Shown: in pieces, positions 49,296 to 58,287 of the stretch
Position numbering within the stretch: the stretch's first letter is position 1
Layout of the letters: each line of letters starts with the position of its first letter
Assembly (NCBI GenBank): GCA_035574155.1
Contig: DATLZD010000075.1
Coordinates: forward strand, 5-64,004
DNA: 64,000 nucleotides
Source of the DNA: Dehalococcoidia bacterium
GTDB lineage: Bacteria > Chloroflexota > Dehalococcoidia > SM23-28-2 > HRBIN24
Reading direction: 5' to 3'
The notes under the pieces: model-generated
The model's database searches: none
What the model saw: the letters and a program-made list of their open reading frames with translations, nothing else
What the model was told of the DNA's origin: nothing
Translations under genes and position numbers: made by a program

Positions 49296-49318
49296 GATAC
49301 CGGGGCGGTGGCATCCTG

Positions 49319-50527
49319 ATGGCGCAGGCCCTCCAGGGCGTTACCGTTGTGGAGCTGGTGGACGGCTTCTGGGCCGGTCTGGGCACCACCTTTATGGCCG
49401 ACTTCGGCGCCCGGGTGGTAAAGGTCACTGCCGGTGCCTCCCCCCTGGACGGCCTCGCGAAGGCCCATCGCGATGTCCCCCCGGAGCACGTGAAGCACCT
49501 CTATCATCTGGTGGGGCGCAACAAGCTGGGCGTCGCCCTAGACCTGTCGGGGCAGGAGGGCCAGGACCTGCTGCGCCGGCTGGCGACGGCTGCCGACGTC
49601 TTCGTCAGCGACTGGCCCCGCCGCGATCTCGAGGCCCTCGCCCTGGACTACGAGTCGTTGCGGGCCAGGAGGGAGGACATCGTCTACGTCACGGCCTCGG
49701 GCTTCGGCCAGAAGGGGCCCGATGCTGACCTCCCGAACCTGGAGGAGCTGGCAGCGGCCCGCATCGGCCTCATGCCCATCCTCCCCCAGCCGGGGAGGCC
49801 GCCGGTGTATCCCGGCCACGGCCAGATCTACGCCTCGGGCCTCCTGCTGCTGGGGGCCAGCATCGCCCTCTGGCACCGCCAGCGGACGGGCGAGGGCCAG
49901 TGGGTGGACGTCTCCCTGTTGGCGGCGGGCATGTACGGCGCGACGCTGGACGTGCAGGCGTATCTGGCCATGCGCAGCGAGCGCTTCCTGCGCCCCATCT
50001 CCCGCTACGATGCCGGCAACCCCATGAGCGGGACCTACTACCTGACCAGCGACGGTCGCTGGCTGACCCTCACCATGCCCGACACGGACCGCTACTGGCC
50101 TCGGCTAGCCCCCCTGGTGGGGCTGGACCCGGCCGACCCCCGCTTCGACACCCACGAAAAGCGGTGCGAGGTGAACCGTCTGGAGCTGATCCGCTTGTTG
50201 GAGGAGGCCTTCCGGCGCGCCCCGTCCGACTACTGGAAGGAGGCCATGGAAGAACACGACCTTTCGGGCGACATCATCGAGGACTACTCATACCCGGCCA
50301 ACGACGAGTTCGCCCGCCTGAACGGCTACGTCCTATCGCTGGACCATCCCCTAATGGGGGATCTGAAGCTGCTGGGCTTCCCCATTTACATGAGCGAGAC
50401 CCCCGCCTCCCTGGACCGGCTGGCGCCGTGTCCCCATCAGCACACGGCCCAGGCCCTGCGTTCCCTGCTGGGGCTGTCCGAGGAGGAGGTGGTGGCCCTG
50501 CAGGAGAAGGGCGTCATCAGGCCCTGA
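49319..50527 (+). CDS. Class III CoA-transferase subunit lacking catalytic Asp
   Basis: MADFGARVVKV, GRNKLG, SGFGQKGP; Asp region reads PGHGQIYASG. Confidence 0.85.
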   Translation: MAQALQGVTVVELVDGFWAGLGTTFMADFGARVVKVTAGASPLDGLAKAHRDVPPEHVKHLYHLVGRNKLGVALDLSGQEGQDLLRRLATAADVFVSDWPRRDLEALALDYESLRARREDIVYVTASGFGQKGPDADLPNLEELAAARIGLMPILPQPGRPPVYPGHGQIYASGLLLLGASIALWHRQRTGEGQWVDVSLLAAGMYGATLDVQAYLAMRSERFLRPISRYDAGNPMSGTYYLTSDGRWLTLTMPDTDRYWPRLAPLVGLDPADPRFDTHEKRCEVNRLELIRLLEEAFRRAPSDYWKEAMEEHDLSGDIIEDYSYPANDEFARLNGYVLSLDHPLMGDLKLLGFPIYMSETPASLDRLAPCPHQHTAQALRSLLGLSEEEVVALQEKGVIRP

Positions 50528-50538
50528 CGGTAGACGAC

Positions 50539-51747
50539 ATGTTGCCTCTCGAAGGCCTGCGCATCGTCGACCTGACGGTATGGTTCCAGGGGCCGATAGC
50601 CACCCGACTGCTGGCCGACTTTGGGGCCGAGGTCATCCACCTGGAGAGGCCCCAGGGCGGCGACCCGGCCCGCGGCGTGAGGACCATCAGGGCCGTCCCT
50701 GTGGGGGACTGGAACCAGTACTTTCTGGTCAATAACCGCAACAAGAAGAGCGTGGCTGTCGACTTGAACCAGGAGGAGGGGCAGGCCATCGTCCATCGCC
50801 TGGTCCAGGAGTCGGACGCCTTCGTCACCAACCTGGCCCCGGAGCACCTGAGGCGCTGGAAGGTGGACTACGAGCACCTGCGGGCCATCAACCCCCGCCT
50901 GGTCTACGGCATGGCCAGCGGCTACGGCCGCTTCACGCCCACCCGTCGCCCCGCCTTCGACCTGACGGTCCAGGCCCTGACGGGAGTCATGGCCCGCCTG
51001 GGCGAGCCAGGCGAGCCTCCCATCTACCTGGGCATGGGCTCGGGCGACGCCATGGGCGGGCTGCTGCTGGCCGGGGGGGTGATGATGGCCCTCCTGGCCC
51101 GCAGCCACTTGGGCCGGGGACAGCTAGTGGAGGTGTCCCTCTACGGCGCCCAGCTCTATCTGGGCGCTCCCACCTTGCAGGCCTACCTGGCCAGCGGCGA
51201 CGACCGCCTACGCCGGCAGCGCTCCCGCCTGGAGCCCGTGAACCCCCTCAACAACGTCTTCCCCAGCTCCGACCGGTGGCTGGTCCTGTGCCTGCCCAAC
51301 GAGGACGGTGCCTGGCACGCCCTGTGCGAGACGCTGGAGCGGCCGGAGCTGGCCGCCGACCAGCGCTTCGCCACTCCCCAGTCCAGGGAGGCGAACTGCC
51401 GCCCGTTGACCGAGGCCCTGGACGACGTCATCAGCTCGCGGCCGGCCGAGCACTGGCTGCGCCGGTGGCGCCAGCGGGGCTTTCCCTGCGCTCCGGTCAA
51501 CACCCTGGCCGACCTGGCTGCCGACCCTCAGGCGTGGGCCAACGACTACCTGATGCGGGCCTACTGCCCGGAGATAGACCAGGAGGTGGACGTCCCCGGC
51601 ATGGCCCTGACCCTCTCCCGCACCCCCGGACAGATCCGGCACCTGGGGCCGGAGCTGGGCCAGGACACGGAGCAGGTGCTGGTAGAGGTCCTGGGCTACT
51701 CCTGGGACGACGTGATCCGATTCAAGGACAAGGGGGTGATCCTATGA
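50539..51747 (+). CDS. Class III CoA-transferase (CaiB/BaiF), catalytic Asp present
   Basis: VDLTVWFQGP, NRNKKS, GMGSGDAMGG, NPLNNVF, PELGQDTE. Confidence 0.9.
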   Translation: MLPLEGLRIVDLTVWFQGPIATRLLADFGAEVIHLERPQGGDPARGVRTIRAVPVGDWNQYFLVNNRNKKSVAVDLNQEEGQAIVHRLVQESDAFVTNLAPEHLRRWKVDYEHLRAINPRLVYGMASGYGRFTPTRRPAFDLTVQALTGVMARLGEPGEPPIYLGMGSGDAMGGLLLAGGVMMALLARSHLGRGQLVEVSLYGAQLYLGAPTLQAYLASGDDRLRRQRSRLEPVNPLNNVFPSSDRWLVLCLPNEDGAWHALCETLERPELAADQRFATPQSREANCRPLTEALDDVISSRPAEHWLRRWRQRGFPCAPVNTLADLAADPQAWANDYLMRAYCPEIDQEVDVPGMALTLSRTPGQIRHLGPELGQDTEQVLVEVLGYSWDDVIRFKDKGVIL

Positions 51748-52187
51748 CCGGAGCGGAAGAGGCGACCCAGGGGACGAAACGGGTCCCCTTCACCCAGGGC
51801 GCCTTCATGGAGACCCCACAAGGCCCACGCCTGATCGGCTCCAGGTGCCCCGCCTGCGGGACCGTCTTCTTCCCTAAGGCGGACGTGTGCCGGGTGCCCA
51901 GCTGCATGAGCACCACCGAGGAGATGCTGCTGGGGCCCCGCGGCAAGCTGTGGAGCTACAGCGTCCAGTATTTCAAGCCCCCTCCTCCCATACGGGTCGA
52001 GGAGCCCTTCCGGCCCTACGCCGTGGGGATGGTGGACATGGACGGGGTCCGGATCATCGGCATGCTGACGGAGGCGGACCTGGACGTCCTACGGCCGGAC
52101 ATGGAGGTTGAACTGGTAATTGACATGTTGTATCGTGACGCGGACGGCAACGAGGTGGTCACCTGGAAGTTCCGGCCTGTGCGTTGA
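51744..52187 (+). CDS. DUF35 Zn-ribbon/OB-fold protein
   Basis: GSRCPACG..FFP...C....C, GKLWSYS, PYAVG; ATGA overlap with upstream gene. Confidence 0.9.
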   Translation: MTGAEEATQGTKRVPFTQGAFMETPQGPRLIGSRCPACGTVFFPKADVCRVPSCMSTTEEMLLGPRGKLWSYSVQYFKPPPPIRVEEPFRPYAVGMVDMDGVRIIGMLTEADLDVLRPDMEVELVIDMLYRDADGNEVVTWKFRPVR

Positions 52188-52198
52188 GGAGGTAGGTC

Positions 52199-53383
52199 AT
52201 GAGAGAGGTAGCAGTGCTCGGGGTCGGTGCCCATCCCTGGGGCAGGTTCGATGCGATCCCCCTGTCCCAGATGTGTCGCGTGGCCATCGAGGCAGCCCTC
52301 AAGGATGCCGGCGTGAGCTGGAGGGAGATCCAGGCCGTCGTCGCCGGCGGCTCCCGCTTCTCGGGCGGCTACGGCTGGGCCCTCAACGGCAACGAGATGG
52401 CGGCGGAGATGGGCCTCAGCGGTATCCCCGTCTACAACCTCACGGCCGCCTGTGCCGCTGGCGGCAGCGCCTTCAACATCGCCTACACGCTGGTGGCCAG
52501 CGGCATGCACGACCTGGTGCTGGTCTTCGGCGGTGAGAAGCCGCCACGGGGCTTCTTCCCCCTCAGCCGGGACGAGGCCGATCCCCTGGACCCTCAGTTC
52601 CTGCAGGTGGTGGGTGCCGGCCTCACCGGCCCCGCTTTCTGGGCCATGCTGGCCAGGAGGCGTATGCATGACTACGGCACCACCGAGGAGCAGCTGGCCA
52701 AGGTGGTGGTCAAGGCCCGCCGCCTGGGCGCCCACAACCCCATAGCTAGGTACCGTCAGGAGATCACCGTCGAGGACGTCCTCAACTCGCCCATGGTGTG
52801 CTATCCCCTGCACCTCTTCGAGATCTGCGCCATCAGCGATGGCGCAGCGGCGGCGGTCCTGGCCTCCGCCGACGAGGCCCGCAAGCGGACCAGCCGCCCC
52901 GTCTGGGTGGCGGGCGCGGCCATCTGCACGGCCGAGCTGGGGGACGGGCTGCCCAGGGGCGTGTCGGCCATAGGTGGCTGCGCTCCCAGGGCCTACCACA
53001 GCGAGGTGGCCAAGGCCGTCCGCCTGGCCCTGGAGCGGGCCGGCATGGAGCCCAAGGACATCGACCTCATCGAGCTGCAGGAGAACATCCCCTACTACGA
53101 GCTGGCCCTGCCGGAGGAGTGGGGCTTCTGGGAGCCGGGCGAGGGCGAGAAGATGCTGGAGAGCGGCGAGACGCTCCCCACCGGCAGGACGCCGGTCAAC
53201 CCCAGCGGCGGCTTCCTGTCCTTCGGCGAGGCGACAACGGCCATGGGGGTGTGGCAGGTGTACGAGGTGGCCCTGCAGCTGCGCGGGGAGGCCGGCGCCC
53301 GGCAGGTGCCGGGGGCCAAGACGGGCCTGGCCCAGACCCTGGGCCTGGGTCCCAACGGCAGCGCCATCGTCCTCAAGAGGTAG
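52199..53383 (+). CDS. SCP2-type thiolase-fold protein with non-canonical active site
   Basis: NLTAACAAG, NPIA, CAISDGAAA, VNPSGG; ELQENI and GEATT replace HDAF and GHP. Confidence 0.85.
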   Translation: MREVAVLGVGAHPWGRFDAIPLSQMCRVAIEAALKDAGVSWREIQAVVAGGSRFSGGYGWALNGNEMAAEMGLSGIPVYNLTAACAAGGSAFNIAYTLVASGMHDLVLVFGGEKPPRGFFPLSRDEADPLDPQFLQVVGAGLTGPAFWAMLARRRMHDYGTTEEQLAKVVVKARRLGAHNPIARYRQEITVEDVLNSPMVCYPLHLFEICAISDGAAAAVLASADEARKRTSRPVWVAGAAICTAELGDGLPRGVSAIGGCAPRAYHSEVAKAVRLALERAGMEPKDIDLIELQENIPYYELALPEEWGFWEPGEGEKMLESGETLPTGRTPVNPSGGFLSFGEATTAMGVWQVYEVALQLRGEAGARQVPGAKTGLAQTLGLGPNGSAIVLKR

Positions 53384-53406
53384 TCCAGCGCAATAAGGAG
53401 TGGGCC

Positions 53407-54348
53407 ATGAAGTTCGGAGTCGGTCTGCCGGTAGTCCACCTTTACCCCGTGACCGCCAACCAGTGGGAGTATACGGCGCCGCCGTCGGTCGCGACCGAGA
53501 TCGCCCAGAAGGCCGATGAGTTGGGGTTCGACTTCCTCATCATCCCCGAGCACATCGTCATCCCCAACGAGATGCTGGAGACCATGGGTGCCCGCTACCC
53601 GGATGCCCTGGCGGCCATGGCCTTCATCGCCGGGGCCACCAAGAACATCAAGGTCCTGAGCTACATCCTGGTGCTGCCCTACCGGAACCCCATAGTGGCT
53701 GCCAAGACCATAGCCACCATGGACTTCCTGTCCAATGGGCGGGTGCTGGTGGGCACCGCCGTGGGCCACATGCAGCGGGAGTTCGAGATCCTGGGGGTGC
53801 CCTTCCACGAGCGAGGCAAGCTCATGGACGAGTACCTGCTGGCCATGAAGGAGCTGTGGACCCAGGACTCGCCGAGCTTCGAGGGCCGCTACGTCCGCTT
53901 CTCGGATATCCGCTTCGAGCCCAAGCCCGTGCAGAAGCCACACCCGCCCATCTGGCTGGGGGGCAACACCAAGCCTGCCATGCGGCGGGCGGCCAACCTG
54001 GGCGATGGCTGGATACCGTGGCTCATCGGCCCCGAGCAGATGCCCCAGTGCCTGGAGTACATCTTCTCGCAGCCAGGCTTCCAGAGCAGGTTCCCCAACG
54101 GCAAGGGGTTCGACGTGATCGTGCCCCTGGCCCGCTTCCAGGTAGAGGACTACTCCCACCGCGAGCTGGGTCCGACGGTGATGCCCCGCGGCAAGGACGA
54201 GATCGTCGAGGCTATCGGCCAGTGGAAGGAGGTGGGTGTGACGGGGGTGGTCATCAACTTCCCCCGCACCCGCAGCCCCGAGCAGGCGATGGACTGGTTG
54301 GAGTGGTATGCCAGGGAGATAGTCCCGGTCTTTAAGGACGGCTCCTGA
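53407..54348 (+). CDS. LLM-class oxidoreductase, probably F420-dependent (Rv2161c-like)
   Basis: IPEHIV, LVLPYRNP, DFLSNGR, PKPVQKPHPPIWLGG, GDGWIP. Confidence 0.85.
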   Translation: MKFGVGLPVVHLYPVTANQWEYTAPPSVATEIAQKADELGFDFLIIPEHIVIPNEMLETMGARYPDALAAMAFIAGATKNIKVLSYILVLPYRNPIVAAKTIATMDFLSNGRVLVGTAVGHMQREFEILGVPFHERGKLMDEYLLAMKELWTQDSPSFEGRYVRFSDIRFEPKPVQKPHPPIWLGGNTKPAMRRAANLGDGWIPWLIGPEQMPQCLEYIFSQPGFQSRFPNGKGFDVIVPLARFQVEDYSHRELGPTVMPRGKDEIVEAIGQWKEVGVTGVVINFPRTRSPEQAMDWLEWYAREIVPVFKDGS

Positions 54349-54375
54349 GAGCCGAGGACAGAAGAGGAGGTCATC

Positions 54376-55806
54376 ATGGCGCTCTGGCACAAGCTCAGGC
54401 TACCGGCGGCGCTGGCGGTCGTTGCCGCGTCGCTCCTCCTGGCCGTTGCCTGTGAGGGAGAGGAGGAGGCCCCTGCCACTCCCACCCCCGGCGCGGGCGG
54501 TCAGCAGCAGGTGCGGCCGGGAGCGGCGGGCATACCCAGCAACCCGCGCCAGGTGCGGGGGCTGGAGGGCATCCTCACGCTGGACGATGGGCTGGCCATG
54601 TTCCGGCAGCGTCCGGCCAGCGAGACGCGCACCGGCGTGACGTCCACCACCATCAAGCTGGGCCGAACAGCGGACATGTCGGGCCCCTTCGCCCCCTACG
54701 AGCCTTTCTGGGGGCGGATGTTGGAGGCCCTCATCAAGAGGATCAACGATGCGGGCGGCATCCACGGCCGACGTATCGAGCTGGTGACAGTGGACGACAA
54801 GTCTGACCCGGCCCTGGCCGTCCAAGTCACCCGCAGACTGGTGGAGCAGGACAACGTCTTCGCCCTGTTCTTCAGCATCGGTGCCCCTTCCCACGCGGCC
54901 GTGCACGACTACCACGTGCAGCGGCGGGTGCCCAACTTCTACTACTTCGACGCCTCTCCCCTGGGGATGGAGCCGGAGACGTCGCCCTATGACTACAACG
55001 GCCAGAACTCGGACCACATGAGCGGTCTGGCCATGGCCGAGGCCCTGTTCCGTATCGACCCCAATGCCCGGCCCATCCTGGTCTATGCTGACTTCCCCGC
55101 CTCCCAGGCCGGCCGCGACGGCATTCGTTATGGCGTCCAGAAGCAGGGCAAGAGCCTGGTGGGCGAGCTGTCCCACGACCTGACCCAACTCGATTTGACG
55201 TCCATCGCCCAGCAGGTCATCCGCTCCGGCGCCAACTGGGTGCTCTATCATGGCTCCATCACCCAGTCCATCTCGCTGGTGAAGGCCCTGCGGGACCTGG
55301 GCAGCAACATCCGGGTCTTCCAGTGGGGCTGGGTCCCTACCGGTGACCCCGGCAGCGATGCCCTGATGGATGGGACCTACCAGGTGACCTTCTTCTGCTC
55401 CCAGTTCTCCTGCCCCGACCGCCAGGTCTTCCAGCGCCTGCAGGCCGTAGCCCAGGAGGAGGGCGTACCTTATAACCCCTTCCTGTCGGTCCAAGCGCTG
55501 ATGGCGGTGGAGCACCTGGTGCGGGCCCTGGAGATGGCCGGTCCTGACCTGACCAGGGAAGGCTTCATCGAGGCCCTCAACAACGGGTTCGATGGCAGCT
55601 GGCAGTGCTCGGCCTGCCTCGCCCCTACCATCATGAACCCTCAGGACCACTGGATTAATGAGACCTACCTCATCACCCAGTGGCAGAACGCCTCCCGCCG
55701 CTTCCAGGTGCTGGGCACCCTGGACTACGAGACCAGCAAGGGCAGGGGCCTGAGGGGCAACCTGCCGGGATTCGATTGCCGCCCTGGCACCTGTCCCTGG
55801 AGGTAG
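54376..55806 (+). CDS. ABC-type solute-binding lipoprotein (type I, LIV-like)
   Basis: Lipobox LAVAC, GVTSTTIKLG, INDAGGIHGR.IEL...DD, LTREGFIEAL. Confidence 0.85.
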   Translation: MALWHKLRLPAALAVVAASLLLAVACEGEEEAPATPTPGAGGQQQVRPGAAGIPSNPRQVRGLEGILTLDDGLAMFRQRPASETRTGVTSTTIKLGRTADMSGPFAPYEPFWGRMLEALIKRINDAGGIHGRRIELVTVDDKSDPALAVQVTRRLVEQDNVFALFFSIGAPSHAAVHDYHVQRRVPNFYYFDASPLGMEPETSPYDYNGQNSDHMSGLAMAEALFRIDPNARPILVYADFPASQAGRDGIRYGVQKQGKSLVGELSHDLTQLDLTSIAQQVIRSGANWVLYHGSITQSISLVKALRDLGSNIRVFQWGWVPTGDPGSDALMDGTYQVTFFCSQFSCPDRQVFQRLQAVAQEEGVPYNPFLSVQALMAVEHLVRALEMAGPDLTREGFIEALNNGFDGSWQCSACLAPTIMNPQDHWINETYLITQWQNASRRFQVLGTLDYETSKGRGLRGNLPGFDCRPGTCPWR

Positions 55807-55841
55807 CGAGGGGCGGGGCGCAGGGGACATCAGGCGTCCTT

Positions 55842-55889
55842 GGTCGGGGGCCTGGTCGGGGGCGAGTCCCCCAGTCCAGGCCCCCGACC
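55842..55889. repeat. 14-bp perfect inverted repeat at the island end
   Basis: GGTCGGGGGCCTGG-N20-CCAGGCCCCCGACC; TGGTCGGGGG also directly repeated. Confidence 0.7.
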
Positions 55890-55945
55890 GTGCTGCGTCG
55901 CTGGGGCCGACCCGTCCGCCCTTGTCCTGCAGGTGATGGCCTTGT

Positions 55946-56710
55946 ATGATGCCCACAGGCCCCATGGTGCATCTGGTCCCCCTCGGCACCGGTAGCGCCT
56001 TCACCACGCCCAGCCGTTATTGGAGTGGCCTCCTGCTGGACGGCAGGCTCCTGCTGGACTGCCCGCCGACGGCGCTGCCCCACCTCAAGCGGCTGGGTGT
56101 GCCCCCCCAGCAGGTGGATGCCATCTTCATCACCCACTTCCACGGCGACCACTTCGCCGGCTACCCTTTTCTGGTCCTGGAATATGCCTATCTGAGCGCC
56201 AGGGAAGGGGACTTGGAGGTGGTGGTGCCCCCGGGGGGTGGCCCCTTCCTGGAGTCCTTCGTCGACCAGATGTTCCCCGACCTGTCGCGGCGCGAGGCCG
56301 GCTACCGTCGCATCTACGTGGAGGCACGGCCCGGTGGCCCCCAGGAGGTGGCGGGCGTCCGCTTCTGGTCGGTGCCCATGGAACATGCCCGCGACAAGCT
56401 CCAGGCCTTCGGCTATCGGCTGCAGTTGGCGGGCCTCACGGTAGCCTACAGCGGCGATGCCCAGTGGTCGCCGTCGTTGCTGGAGCTGGCGAGGGGCGCC
56501 GACGTCCTCGTCGTCGACTGCACCTACCCGACGCGAGGGCCGGAGCATATGGGGCTGGAGGACGTGCGGCTGTTGCGGGCCTCGCTGCCCCAGAGCACCC
56601 TTCTGCTCCTGACCCATTTGGGTGACGACGGCCTCGGCGCCGGCGGCCTGCCCAACACGGCGGTGCTGCGCGACCTGGAGACCTACCGCTTCGGCCGCGG
56701 CGGCGGGTGA
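55946..56710 (+). CDS. Metallo-beta-lactamase-fold hydrolase (RNase Z/PhnP-like)
   Basis: LGTGSAF, LLDC, THFHGDH, YSGD, DCT, LTH. Confidence 0.88.
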   Translation: MMPTGPMVHLVPLGTGSAFTTPSRYWSGLLLDGRLLLDCPPTALPHLKRLGVPPQQVDAIFITHFHGDHFAGYPFLVLEYAYLSAREGDLEVVVPPGGGPFLESFVDQMFPDLSRREAGYRRIYVEARPGGPQEVAGVRFWSVPMEHARDKLQAFGYRLQLAGLTVAYSGDAQWSPSLLELARGADVLVVDCTYPTRGPEHMGLEDVRLLRASLPQSTLLLLTHLGDDGLGAGGLPNTAVLRDLETYRFGRGGG

Positions 56711-56720
56711 GGAGAAGGGG

Positions 56721-57737
56721 ATGGGGGAGGTCGTGGCTGTCCTGGGGGCCGGGGCCTTCGGCACCGCCTTGGCCCAGGCTGCCGCCCACGCTGGTCACCA
56801 GGTCCGCCTCTGGAGCATCGAGGCGCCGGTCCTGGCGGAGATCCGTCAGCGTCGCCGCAACAGCCACTACCTGCCGGGAGTCCGCCTCCATCGGCGCATC
56901 CAGCCCTGCGAAGGCCTGACCGAGGCGGTGGCGGGGGCCTCACTCGTGCTGGTGGCGGTGCCGTCGCGGGCGGTAAGGGATGTGGCGCGGCAACTGGCAC
57001 GGACGGTATCGCCAGGGCAGGCGGTGGCCAACGCCGCTAAGGGTCTGGAGGAGGGCACCTCCCTGCGCATGTCACAGGTGTTGGAGCAGGAGCTGCCGGT
57101 GGCGGTGCGGGGGTCCATCGCCACGGTGGGAGGGCCGGCCATCGCCCGCGAGATGGCCCGGCGCCGTCCCACTGCCCTGGTGGCCGCGGCCCGCGAGCCT
57201 GAGGTGGCCGAGCTGGTCCAAGGCTGCCTGCAGAACGCCTGGGTGCGGGTGGCCGTCAGCCCCGACGTGGTGGGGGTCGAGGTCGCTGCCACCCTCAAGA
57301 ACGCCTACGCCATCGCCCTGGGGCTGTGCGACGGTCTAGGGATGGGGGCCAACGTCAAGGCCACCCTGACGGCCACTTGCCTGGCCGAGATGGCCGAGGT
57401 GGTGGTCTGCCTGGGAGGACACCGGGACACGGCCTACGGCCTGGCCGGCCTAGGCGACCTGCTGGCTACGGGCTACAGCCCTCACAGCCGCAACCGGACC
57501 CTGGGTGAAAAGATAGGGCGGGGCGAGGACTGGCGTCACTTCCTGGCCAGCAACACGGTGGAGGGGCCTGCAGCGGTGGAGGCCTGCCTGCGGCTGGTGC
57601 GCCCCCTGGGGCTGCCGCTGCCGGTCCTGACGGGGCTGCACGCCCTCCTGTTCCTGGGGGCCGATCCCATGGCCACCCTCATGGCGCTGCTGGAGGGGGC
57701 GCCGCCGTTACCGTCCTGGGGTTCTCAGCCTCGGTGA
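56721..57737 (+). CDS. gpsA: NAD(P)H-dependent glycerol-3-phosphate dehydrogenase
   Basis: GAGAFGTA, YLPG, AVPS, AKGLE, LKNAYAIA.G, GLAGLGDL, SRNR, VEG. Confidence 0.88.
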   Translation: MGEVVAVLGAGAFGTALAQAAAHAGHQVRLWSIEAPVLAEIRQRRRNSHYLPGVRLHRRIQPCEGLTEAVAGASLVLVAVPSRAVRDVARQLARTVSPGQAVANAAKGLEEGTSLRMSQVLEQELPVAVRGSIATVGGPAIAREMARRRPTALVAAAREPEVAELVQGCLQNAWVRVAVSPDVVGVEVAATLKNAYAIALGLCDGLGMGANVKATLTATCLAEMAEVVVCLGGHRDTAYGLAGLGDLLATGYSPHSRNRTLGEKIGRGEDWRHFLASNTVEGPAAVEACLRLVRPLGLPLPVLTGLHALLFLGADPMATLMALLEGAPPLPSWGSQPR

Positions 57738-58189
57738 AGGGCCTTGATGGCCTCGTCCAGCACGTGCCAGGCCAAGGTGGCGCACTTCACCCGCACGGGG
57801 AACTTCCTCACTCCGGAGAGGGCCTCCAGGTCTCCCAGCTCCGAGGGGTCCACCGTCTCGTCGCCCGTCATGAGGCGGTGGAAACGCTGATAGAGGTCTT
57901 CGGCCTGTTCCAGCGTGAGGCCCTGCACGGCCTCGGTGAGCATGGACGCCGAGGCCTGCGATATGGAGCAGCCCTGTCCCTGGAAGCGGGCCTCCTTGAT
58001 GACGCCGTCCTCCACCAATAGGTCCAGGGACACCTCGTCCCCGCACAGCGGGTTCTGTCCCTCGCGGCTGATGGTGGGCGAGGGCAGGCGGCCCCGGTTG
58101 CGGGGGCTGCGGTAGTATTCCAGGATGATGTCGCGGTAGAGGTCGTCCAGCGACTGCTCCTGCCGCTTCAGCTCTTCCCTGTCCAGCAT
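57725..58189 (-). CDS. sufU: SUF-type NifU/SufU scaffold/sulfur-transfer protein
   Basis: NPLCGD, GCSISQAS, FPVRVKCATL.W. Confidence 0.88.
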   Translation of the reverse strand: MLDREELKRQEQSLDDLYRDIILEYYRSPRNRGRLPSPTISREGQNPLCGDEVSLDLLVEDGVIKEARFQGQGCSISQASASMLTEAVQGLTLEQAEDLYQRFHRLMTGDETVDPSELGDLEALSGVRKFPVRVKCATLAWHVLDEAIKALHRG

Positions 58190-58287
58190 GGCCACGCCTA
58201 CAGTGTGGCACGAGCGGCCGGGGCTGGCAACCTCGACACCAGGAGAAGAGACCCTGAGAGGGGCCTGTGCTAGAATGGCCTTGCGCC

